Positions 9,701-18,714 of a DNA stretch of 64,000 nucleotides are shown here, piece by piece. Numbering within the stretch: position 1 is the first letter of the stretch; every line of letters starts with the position of its first letter. Source of the stretch: Diplonema japonicum (lineage: Eukaryota > Protista > Euglenozoa: Diplonemea); assembly GCA_964019335.1 (NCBI GenBank), contig OZ025720.1:124001-188000 (forward strand), given 5' to 3'. The notes under the pieces are model-generated. The model was not told the origin of the DNA. It saw only the letters and a program-made list of their open reading frames with translations, and ran no database searches. The translations under genes and the position numbers were made by a program.

Positions 9701-12614
9701 TTCCGAAGTTGAGCCTGCTGTCGCTTCGTTCCCTTCCGAACAAATGCATGCCCAGGACAGAGTAGATGAACACAACCAGCCCGACGATCATCGATAGATA
9801 CGCGACCGAACCAAGCGAGCCTCCTACAATTTGAATCGTTTTCCGAAGAAGGTTCCATCTTCTCCCCAATCGCAGAATCCTCGCAACACGCAGCAATCGG
9901 AACACAGATACCGCGTTCCCCGTATCTGTACCACCGGCCCAGAATATAATAGTCTGCGGTACGCCTATTGCCACAAGGAGCGCGTCGACTCTGTTGTACG
10001 CGTCTTTAAATGTCAGCCTGAAGCCAAGCCCTACGATTTTCATCACGATTTCGAAGAAGAACAGCGCTGTGCAGACGGTGTTGATGATTTCGACAGATGT
10101 GACGACGCTGCTCTCGATGCCCTCGTAGTCCACCGCCAAGGCGACCACGTTTACTATTGTGACACCAAGCATGAATTTCTCGAAGTTCGGGTTCAAAACG
10201 AGCCGTCTGAGTTTCATCCTCCAGGCGCTGATGTGCTTGATGTCCGTGTTCGGGAGGTAGAACACGATGCCCTTTCGGTACGCCAGCAGCTCCGAACACT
10301 CCTCCGAGTTTGGTTTTCTGAAGAACACAACGTTCCCCTTCACCGCGAACCCTCCGTAGCCCTTGTCCAAACAATACCGTCTGCACACTGCGATCTGCCT
10401 CAACGGGATGGTCTCTGCGTTCTGCCCGTGGTACGCGTCTGTGTCAGGGAAAATCTTCCATCTGCTCAGCAAGAAGACCACCACACCGCTTCTTGGTTTC
10501 AATTTTGACCTTAGTTTCGACGGTACCTTGTTTGTGAAGTACGCTATGCCGTCGAGCACTGCGAACCCTGTGAAGGCCTGCTCTGTGCAGATCGTTTTGC
10601 AGTTCTCGATGCCCTCCTCGTCCTCGAGACAGTCGCACTGGTACACAGCACGGTCCTCGTTGAAGGCCATCACATCGATCTTGACGTCCCAGTGGAAGAT
10701 CTCTTCCATCATGGACCCGGTTGTGTCACCACCGTACTTGGCGACCTCCTGTCTCACGTTGATTGTGTGGTCCAAGACGTCGTCGTTCCGTGAGCCGTCG
10801 GTCGTCTCATCGTCGTCGTCGTCGTCATCGCCTGTGTCTTCGTCTTCGATGTATTCTGTTGTTGCGTCTTCGGAGCCATACGGCGCTGCGCGAGGCGACG
10901 CACGCGGGGTGTCGGGGAGTGTCGGGGTCGATCCCGACGAGACTGTGGTTCCGTCGTCGTCATTCAGAAACACGTGTTCCCTGTTCTTTACCCTGTTGGT
11001 GGGCGGTTGGTGCATTCCCAGCAGGCAACCGTGCCTTGTCATCAGCGGTCCCAGCTCAGGGTACTCCGAGCTGTCCGAGTCGGTGTCGGAGTCCACTTCT
11101 GTCCCTCGTCTTTCGTGCCCACCGTCAGTCGTTGTCATATCTGAGTCGTCGAAGTGGGCCATCAACGACGGCACTTGCAGCAGCGTGTTCGTCGTCCTCC
11201 CGTGAGCAAAGGTTGCTTGAGAATTTCGTAGAAGCAGCGCGCTCTTGTTCCGCAGCACGACGCTGTAGGGGGAGAAGTCCATCCCCATGTCCGCGTTGGG
11301 TGTCTTCGGGATAAGCGCCGAATGGTGGTACCGCACCGAGCTTCGCGAGCTGCTGCTTGCTTCGCTGTTGGTGGCCTCCGCCATCTCCTCGTGCATTTCC
11401 TGGTTCTCACCGAGAACCTTGGTCTTACCCGACCGTTGGGTGCCCTGTCGCATGATGGCGATTACGGCCTTCATCTTGCAAACGGCTTCTTCTTTGTTCT
11501 TGTCCTCCTGTTCAAGCTTCTCGTGGGAGGTGAAGATAGAGGAGAGAACGGCGAGGAAGAGATTCACAGCGAAGTAAGCACCGACGAGCACGAGCACAAA
11601 GAAGTAAAGCCACGCGATGTGCATCGAGGTTTGCTGGACGAGCCAAAGGTCGAGCGGCCAGTCGTCAAGGGAAACAATCTTGAAAACGAGGATGAGAGCG
11701 TACCCGATATGGTCGTAGTTTAGGTTGTTGATATGGTACACAGGGTCCGTCCGGCAGACGCTGTTGTTCACGGAGCATATCTGCCCGGTGTCGAGCGTGC
11801 TGCAAGGCGATGTGGACTCGAGAAGCGTGAGGGTGTCAACGTCGTAGCAACGCTGATGAAGGGATGAGGACCACAGCTGCACGCCGATGATGGCGAACAT
11901 TACCATGAGCAACGTGAGGAGGAGAAATACGTCGGCGAGAAGCGGGAGGGAGAAGGCAAGCGTGCTTATCAAAGCTGACATCCCCCTCACCTTGGAAACC
12001 GTCCGAAGCGGCCGGAGCACACGCAGAAGCCGTAGAGCTGATATATTCGCACCCTGCGACGACGATGACTCTGTCAGCGAAATATCAACAATGCCAACTA
12101 ACACAATAGACAAGTCGAGCCAGTTCCATGAGTTGCGGAGGTATGCAGCAGGGTGGCCGTACAAGCCCAACGCGGCTATTTTAATCACAGCTTCAAGGGA
12201 AAAACAGCACAGAAAGAAAATCTCAGATACCCTAAGAAACTCAATGAGATCATCGTTGTCCTGGTGGTTCGGAGCATCCAGGGCCAGGGTCACAGCATTT
12301 GCAATGATAAGAGCAATGTTAACATATTCAAACCGCTTGTCCTCCACAATACGTAGGAGTAAATGCCTGAATGGGTGATGGTCCTCAAGAATCCCGCAAC
12401 AGCTTGAGCCGAGATCTGGGTTTCCGGTGAATCGGTTGTTTAGGCATTGTACAGCAGCAGCCCTGGCTGCCAACCCCAGGGAGACTCGCTGGTATACGCC
12501 TTCTATAAGTTCGCCCTTGACCTCCATTTCTTGTTCTTCTTCCTCTTCGATTGCATCTGGTGGCGAGATCTCTACCTTCTTTCGTGAGGGCACATAGTTT
12601 AAATCTTGTGTCAT
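6759..12614 (-). CDS. Four-domain voltage-gated Ca2+/Na+ channel alpha subunit
   Basis: 1951 aa with four 6-TM repeats. S4 segments LRLLRVLRPLR, FRLLRVARILR, FRLFRSARVFR, FRVLRMLRVLR. Pore loops SLDDW/TGEGW/LGEEW/TGELW. Post-S6 EF-hand-like region (TPPPIGL). Confidence 0.96.
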   Translation of the reverse strand: MTQDLNYVPSRKKVEISPPDAIEEEEEQEMEVKGELIEGVYQRVSLGLAARAAAVQCLNNRFTGNPDLGSSCCGILEDHHPFRHLLLRIVEDKRFEYVNIALIIANAVTLALDAPNHQDNDDLIEFLRVSEIFFLCCFSLEAVIKIAALGLYGHPAAYLRNSWNWLDLSIVLVGIVDISLTESSSSQGANISALRLLRVLRPLRTVSKVRGMSALISTLAFSLPLLADVFLLLTLLMVMFAIIGVQLWSSSLHQRCYDVDTLTLLESTSPCSTLDTGQICSVNNSVCRTDPVYHINNLNYDHIGYALILVFKIVSLDDWPLDLWLVQQTSMHIAWLYFFVLVLVGAYFAVNLFLAVLSSIFTSHEKLEQEDKNKEEAVCKMKAVIAIMRQGTQRSGKTKVLGENQEMHEEMAEATNSEASSSSRSSVRYHHSALIPKTPNADMGMDFSPYSVVLRNKSALLLRNSQATFAHGRTTNTLLQVPSLMAHFDDSDMTTTDGGHERRGTEVDSDTDSDSSEYPELGPLMTRHGCLLGMHQPPTNRVKNREHVFLNDDDGTTVSSGSTPTLPDTPRASPRAAPYGSEDATTEYIEDEDTGDDDDDDDETTDGSRNDDVLDHTINVRQEVAKYGGDTTGSMMEEIFHWDVKIDVMAFNEDRAVYQCDCLEDEEGIENCKTICTEQAFTGFAVLDGIAYFTNKVPSKLRSKLKPRSGVVVFLLSRWKIFPDTDAYHGQNAETIPLRQIAVCRRYCLDKGYGGFAVKGNVVFFRKPNSEECSELLAYRKGIVFYLPNTDIKHISAWRMKLRRLVLNPNFEKFMLGVTIVNVVALAVDYEGIESSVVTSVEIINTVCTALFFFEIVMKIVGLGFRLTFKDAYNRVDALLVAIGVPQTIIFWAGGTDTGNAVSVFRLLRVARILRLGRRWNLLRKTIQIVGGSLGSVAYLSMIVGLVVFIYSVLGMHLFGRERSDSRLNFGTLWRSFLTVFVVITGEGWSRIMTDTMANVGWAASIYFISLFIIGRYIILNLFIAIIIDNFHKEKEAALLSLSTAQQARLFSNAEQTPTDDEDDEDTASPRSNYSESRRLALSPRELRKRSICELHFKEGDEDGNQISQKKAQINTAYFGEKTCKIFASDGVIRKTLTPIVLSDIFDVVMILIITVNLLFLAVDNSATRKNSSASLAFDVAEYAVTALFVIEMLMKIIVFGVWKTPHAYLRDMWNVIDAIVAVFSILGLIVPFFRLFRSARVFRLAIRSTNVKVVLYAAVGSMPSVLNGLVICGFVFVLFGILGVQLFKGVMVQCNDSTIPAKENCTGTFVDANGFNVSRDWKTLDANFNNIGESIWTLLKVGLGEEWVGIMFSTVDASGRDTGPVKDYNEWVILFYVVFIAVASFLCLNLIISILISSFSSYHEARFVQSLGNEDEAYSGWKTDLRRFDIVQHQFLTDEQKRWVRSQQLLVSDITYIPLPEGTLRRHVYTVVEGIHFEWAIAIVIICNLLLLCTQHADESSVYKLTFSILNYIFVGIYVLECGAKMIGYGVAGYFKDPWNRFDFVVLGISITGLVVGASLTVFRVLRMLRVLRLFHMSKGLNKMFSALLYALPPLFNIGLLVLCVFFVFGVTGVDLFGRLDIDLNPYLNRYVNFRNLAEAALLLFQISTGELWIQVMNGCMVSPPFCTNVCAPDDNYGDCKCGTDGAILYFLLFMILVSFLMVNLFVAVVLEAFQDAEDLLSNDQLVQAFKDFRRDWLSLTFDKEHDNNLLKVETLIDLLQDTPPPIGLSATPDAAMLKLLKNLNIPVDVNLMVQYTDVVHALARHVFEINLDQAFELSHLSPVRLSEDSFTAAHFWCVRKILNTWHRHVMKRRDLKADTEATEAPPDVPDPASPSIFTPFTSIAVHVPDKQSGGNDVNHTFLQIEYPIDDPSLSSTAGKRRKSVVPWDKLEASASNLRLTPTKSSSRLE

Positions 12615-12938
12615 CCACTCTATAAAATTCTTCTTTTTTTTTTTTCTGATCTATTTGTTTTATTTTCCTTTTCTTCGGCGGGACTCCTCACTCCGCCACG
12701 GCCGCCTTGCCCAAGATAGCCAGCTCCCCTTTTGTTTTAAATATATTTTTTTTCTTGCCCCCCCTCCTATCTTTCCTGAGGTTTGTTGGTGTTGCTTGTT
12801 GCTGTGTTATGGTACTTTTTTTTTATAGGGGAGGAAGAATAAAAAAAAAAAAGAAAAATCAGGAAGGATATAAAAAAAAAAAAGGGCAATAAGGTAATAT
12901 GAGTGGAAGTAAGAAAGAAGCATAATATTGTCATCTTC

Positions 12939-12977
<39 letters not shown>

Positions 12978-13345
12978 GGAGAGGCTGAGAATAGAATCAG
13001 GGGATTAACAGGAGAAAAAGAAAGAAAACTGAGGAGGGGGAAAATAAAGAAGGAATTTCCATCGAGCCTTTGTTAAATCCAAGGTGTCTTTTTATTTTAT
13101 TTTCATGGAAGAAAAAAAGAAAAAAAGAAAAAAAGAAAAGCGGAACATCTTCAGTGATCACAATTCCAGGGAACTCTTGAGTATATTCTCACATTTCCTT
13201 TTCTTTTAGTTTGCCTGCTCTGTGGTCTCCTTAATCGTGCTCCCCCACCCCTCTTTTTCCTTCTTTTTCTCACCGTTTTGGTCCCATTTGATTGTTCTCG
13301 GGAATTTCTATGGTGGGAAGGGGAGAATGGCTTTTTTTAAAAGCG

Positions 13346-13377
<32 letters not shown>

Positions 13378-14304
13378 GGACACCTACAGCTGTATTTAAA
13401 AAAAAAAAAGGAGAAAAAAAAAAGAAAAGAAAAAGCAAAAGTCCCGTTTTCTAACTTATGTTTCCAAATACAACTACGAAATATGAAGTAAGAAAGAGAA
13501 AAAAAAAAAAAAAAGAGTTCTTCCCCTTGTTAGACTAGGTAAAGGACTCGTTCCCATTTAAGCGTGTTCTCCATTTGTATTGAAAGTACCCAATAAACCT
13601 AGGCCCGAAGACCTTGGTCTCCCCAGAAAAAAAGAAAAGCCTGCACACGCGCACAACGAGGGCGGGTGGGGCATCTCACCACCCTTGTGCATCTCCGGGT
13701 GTTACATTGGTTATACAAAATAAGAAAATTGAGGTGGGAAGTGTTCGGTAACAACCCACTGGAAGGAAAAAAAAAACCTCCCCCCCCCCGGTCCTTGATG
13801 TTCGCACACAGGGAAGAGGACGGGGGTGGGGGGAGGGAATATAAAAATCCTTTCATATGGCCTTACTAGAGCAAATACCAGGCCAAGAAAAAAAAATAAG
13901 CGGATGAATAGGGGGGTGGGGAAGAATTTTTTTTCTTCTTTTTTCTTCTCTTTTCTTTCTTCGGTTTGCAGTTCTTTCAGCGGGAGGGGGGAAAAAAAAA
14001 ATTGGGTAGGGCATGAGAGCCCTATTTTCGGGAAAAGGTTGCTGTGCCTGATATGTAAATCTTCTGTAGCACCCCCCCCCAAAAAAAAGTGTGATTTTTG
14101 CCATAGAAAAAAACCCCTCCCACCTCTGATCTCTGATGTGTCTCAGATGAATCAGTGAAGCAAATCGGGAAGGTAGACAGAATTTCGGCAAAAAGGGGAA
14201 AAAAAAAAAAAAAAAAAAAGGGAAAGGTTATTTTTTTTTCTCCTACAACTGAAAAAAGAGAAGAAGAAGAAGTGAGAAAAAAAAAAATCGACTTTCTTTT
14301 TTAA

Positions 14305-16086
14305 CCCATAACACTCCGGGGCCTATCTACATAGGGGTCCCTTTTTTGCTCCTTTTCATAATTTGACGGGGAAAATGGCAGCATTTAACCCCCGTTTGCA
14401 GGTAAAACGGGTTTTTTGGACCAGGAAAATTTAAAAAAAAGCTCAAAAAATTAATAAAAATACAAAGGGGATGAAGAGTTGAATGGCCGTAGGGTGCTCA
14501 AAAACGACCATGCCAAAATGGGTTGTGCACGGGGGGGTGTAAATTGAGCATCTTGGGACAAAAAAAGCAGCATCAGGACCCCTCAGATGTCTCAGACCGA
14601 GAGAAGTGCCTTTTGCGGGTGGAATATCGGCCTCGAAATCGTCAAGAAGCCTTTTTGGGGTGATGGAAGAGTGGTACGAAAAAAGCACTTATTTGGACAG
14701 AGGTGTTGGTTACAGGTGTAGCATTTGTAGATTGTGCGTTTTGTGTCATCCTTTCAACCTGCAGAACCTGGAGTTGCCCCCTTTGAGTGGTTGGTGGTCA
14801 CGTTTGGTGTAATCTGGGGTGTCGGGTGTGTGTGCTCCACTAGTTGGGTGCCGGGAGTGGTGTTTTTGCAACGCTGGACCCATCATTTAGGCTCTCTCGA
14901 AAGCGCTCTTTAAAAGCAGCCAGGGTTTTGTATCTCTTTGGCTGAACCCTAACCATATTTTATTTAAAGTGCAAGGCAGTTAACTATTGTCACTTCTAGG
15001 GCCCACCAGAAGAGTCCGCAACACTCCAACGAAATGCAAGCCCCCTCACAGTTTTTTCACAGGGCTTCGGCCAGACCCACAGTCGAAAAGTAGTTATTGC
15101 AAACTACCGTGTTGTCGTTCCCCGAAAATTCCCCGTTAACCCCAGCACCACCTTTTCCACGACACTGAAATCTTCAAGTGCGTGCCCCTCGATTTTGGTG
15201 GCGTGGAGGTGAAAACGCGAAAGATAACCCGTGCTCACGCAGTTTAGGCAGTATATTTTTATGCCATATCTCTTACGCTTGAGAGGACAGTAGACCCCAA
15301 GCCCCCCCAATTGCCCCGTGACGGTACGAGTGTCTCGTCAATGCTTAAATATTTTCCTGGCACTGCTGTTTTTGCCCACTTGTTACCAATTCTGTCCAGA
15401 AACCCTCGTGTCTTCCACAACACATCACCGTTTGACTCTTCTGTGTGAGTGAAGTGGAGGCTACTTTTAATTTCCTGGTAGCTTCTCCTGGGCTTCGTGT
15501 TACTGAAAAGGGGGATTTTCATGGGTCCTGTGGACCAATACGTTTGCTAATTCTGGGCACGCCGCAAACCCATTATAATGCTCAATCCGAGAAAGCGGTG
15601 GAGTCCTGGGTCGAAATCTTATCAATCTCAGCGTCCTTATGCTTGTTTGTCTCTTCTTGGATGACGTCTGTGAACTTCTTATCAAAAAACCGAAGGAATA
15701 ATCATTTTGCGTCGTCAGGTTTCTGCGTACCACGGGACAGCTTTTTTCCCCCCCACTGGCCTATTTTATGGTCTCTATGGGTACCAACTCCCTTACCCAT
15801 GAAGGTTGGACCTCGTCCGTAGCTGTTTTGGCTTTACCTTTGCGTTTTTTGGACACAGTCTGCACACCCGTTATTTTGCGTTTTTTCGCCTATCCACTCG
15901 GATTTGGGACCCACTTGGTGGGTGGATAACAAGGTAAAGTGATGCAGTGCAACATGAATTGCAGTTGAAAATAACTCCTCACTATAGTCGTTCTTGGAGA
16001 TCCAGGGGTCGTGGGGACGAAAAAGTACTTAGAGAAAAAAACGATTTTTCAAAACGACAAATATTTGCGCCTTGGAGTGTTATGGG
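14305..16086 (-). mobile_element. Degenerate piggyBac transposon
   Basis: Perfect 13-bp TIRs CCCATAACACTCC (14305-14317 / 16074-16086) flanked by TTAA on both sides. Frameshifted transposase pieces LSIDETLVPSRG, RYGIKIYCL, NNYFST, and a Cys-rich tail TIYKCYTCNQHLCPNKCF. Confidence 0.95.
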
Positions 16087-16407
16087 TTAAGTAAAAAAAA
16101 AGAAGGGAAAAAAAAAAAAAGAAAAACGAATAGGCTGCGACTGGAAAAAAAAGGGCGGGGCTACATTATAAGTGTAACCAGCACCCACTGTATTCCCCTA
16201 CCCCCTGTCTTACTAAAAATGAAGAAGGGAGGGGAAAAGAAAACTAAGAATACCTACTACGAGAATAACGAAAAATCTTCTCTTCTTTTTTTTTTTAGAA
16301 TGAAGAAAAAAAAAAATCTCTTACTACAACTCCAAAGAAAAAAAAAATGGAAAGGAGGGGGGAAAAAGGAAATTTTTTTTTAATTTTTATTTTCCTCTTC
16401 TTTGACA

Positions 16408-16452
<45 letters not shown>

Positions 16453-16505
16453 AGAAGGAATTTCTTTTTTTTTTTTTTTTTTTTTTTTTATATTTTTGGG
16501 ACAAA

Positions 16506-17287
16506 CAGCGTACACGGTAACCAAATAACTTTTTTTCCACCATCCACGGTAACCTGCAACTTTTTTTCCACCGTCCTTTTTTTTCACCGTTCACGGTAAC
16601 CTACACCTTTTTTTCCACTTTTTACTGTAACCACCAACAATTTCCCTTATGCAACCACTAACTTTTTTCCCACCGTCCACGGTAACCTCCGACATTTTAT
16701 GCCTCATTGGGGAGGAGAAATGGGTGACTACCCTGAAGGCTGGGGACTACAACCGGGACAGCACTTCGAGGAGTGATTGTGGTTGGTGCAGCAGTTGAGT
16801 AATGAGGGTTCTTACAAGTTGCATTTATTTTCCCCTTCTCACTTCGCTTCCTCCTCTTTGCTGGCCTGCCTATCTGTGACTTCGTGACAACAGGGGGCTT
16901 GAGGGCGAGGGGTGGAGAAGTACATCAGACGACAGATACCTCGGCTTTGGCTTTAAATCGTCTTTGGAAATCGCCCTTGCCAACTTCCAGGAGAAATTCT
17001 TGGTGTCTTTTTTCGAGCCCTGGTTGTGCCTACACGTTTTTCCAAAGTGCACACACACCTCCACCGTGGACGTTGGAAAAAAAGTTCTTACTTACATGGT
17101 TTAGTGGAAATAAAAATAGGTTACCGTGGAGAGTGGAAAATTTTTACAAAAAAACCATTTGAGTGGGAAAAATAAGTTGTAGGTTACCGTGGAGAGTGGA
17201 AAAAAAGTTGTGGGCTACCGTAAACGTGGTGGAAATTCTGCTTACAGACTTGAGTGGAAAAAAGTTATTTGGTTACCATGTACGTTG
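16506..17287. mobile_element. Foldback-type non-autonomous element with long reiterated TIRs
   Basis: cagcgtacacggtaaccaaataactttttttccac versus gtggaaaaaagttatttggttaccatgtacgttg. Each arm (~180-220 bp) is built from repeats of cacggtaacc...ttttttccac. Confidence 0.85.
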
Positions 17288-17292
17288 CTGTC

Positions 17293-17328
<36 letters not shown>

Positions 17329-17330
17329 GT

Positions 17331-17810
17331 CTACTGCCTCCTTCTCGGGCTTGACCCAGGGCTTTTTGCATTCCGCATAAATTCTTTTTTGTAAACTTTC
17401 AACTGCCTCGGCTCAACGTGCAACGAGAATGAAATATCGGTGATTAGCTGTCTTTCAATAGTGTTTAAATCGGCGACTGTGACCCCTCCCACAGCCGCAT
17501 AGTGCGTGTTGGTAAAAGGCTTGTCGTTTACCCACTTCGACCCAACAACCAAACAGGCAAGAAGAAGTCGGTGGACATTTCGTTTAGTAACCTGCATCTT
17601 GGTCTTAACACAGCATCTGTCAAGGTAGATCATTGCGATCAATATCACCTCCATATCTTCATGGGCATATTTCTGCCATCTTTCCAAGTACTCCCTCACT
17701 GTGATTCCCCTTTCCCTCTTCCCGTCATATGGGGTGGCTTCACGAGTATCTTCTCGTTCGCCCTTCGTCAGGCTCGAAATCACCTCTGAAACGATTTCTG
17801 GGAGTGACAT
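17331..17810 (-). CDS. PHO80/P-type cyclin (CYC2-like)
   Basis: ITVREYLERW, AMIYLDR, NVHRLLLACLVVGSKWVND, NTHYAAVGGV..DLNTIERQL. Start MSLPE follows an A-tract. Confidence 0.92.
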   Translation of the reverse strand: MSLPEIVSEVISSLTKGEREDTREATPYDGKRERGITVREYLERWQKYAHEDMEVILIAMIYLDRCCVKTKMQVTKRNVHRLLLACLVVGSKWVNDKPFTNTHYAAVGGVTVADLNTIERQLITDISFSLHVEPRQLKVYKKEFMRNAKSPGSSPRRRQ

Positions 17811-18266
17811 TTCTTTTTTTTTTTTTCTTCTTTCTTTCCCTTCCAATCTGTTTTTATTTTACTTTTTCTAGACTTTAAAAAAAAAAAAAAAAAAAAAGAA
17901 TCCAATGAAAGAGAAAAATAAAAAGGGAATAAAAAGATAGAGAACGGAGAATAAGAAAGGGAAGAAAAAAATGCAGGGGGGGGTAAGGGGTAGTTTGGGA
18001 GGACATAGTTTTTTTTTTTTTTTTTTTTTTCCCCTCTCTTTTTTTTTTTTTTTTGGTCGTATGTAGGAGGGGGAGGGGAGGAACATTGGGGTTTTTTTTA
18101 CAGAAAAAGGGAAAAAAAGAAGAAAAAAAAAGGGGGGGGAAAAAAGAAGGTTTTCCTTGTTTCCTTTCCCACTCTCCCCCATTCCTCTTATTTCATTTTT
18201 TTTCCCCCTTCATCTGGTTTTTTTTTTTAAGTAACAAATATGATAAAAAAAATATTGTTTCGGTTC

Positions 18267-18486
18267 TAGTGGTGCCATGCGTGTGAAACCGCAGCCACCT
18301 CTGTGAAAGGTTCCCTTAGAGGTAAAGAACTCTTAGCTTCGAAATAGGGAGAGGGGTCACACCAGTTGCGGGGGGCACGTGTAACCACCCCTTGTTCGAT
18401 GTAATGGGATAAGGGACCTCCTGACTGGCGCCACGTACAGCGGGCTCTCCACACCCCCTTCCAGGTTAGAAACATTGGTCCCTTAT
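18267..18486. other. Complex-sequence island with several predicted stems (candidate ncRNA or retroposon fragment)
   Basis: Perfect stem ataagggacc/ggtcccttat (18409-18418 / 18477-18486), plus ggtcacac/gtgtaacc, acctct/agaggt and tgcg/cgca. Followed by an A run on +. Confidence 0.3.
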
Positions 18487-18714
18487 AAAAAAAAAAAAAA
18501 AGCGAAGTCTCAGCTAGGGAAAACGGCAGAATGGGAGAGGGGTATATTTTGCCCCCTCCCCCCCCCCCCCCTCTCCTCCTTTCTTTCACCACCTCCCCCT
18601 GTTTTTTTTTTTAACTCAATTTTATTTTCTTTCCTCAGCCATGTTGTACATCTAGGGGGGGAAATGGAGAGAGAAGAAAAAAAAACAAAAAAAAAAAGCC
18701 TTCCCTAACCCGTT

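Noticed and set aside
13650-13690. Hairpin gcacaa..gggtggg/ctcaccacccttgtgc
   Set aside because: An isolated stem with no second copy or recognisable RNA family.
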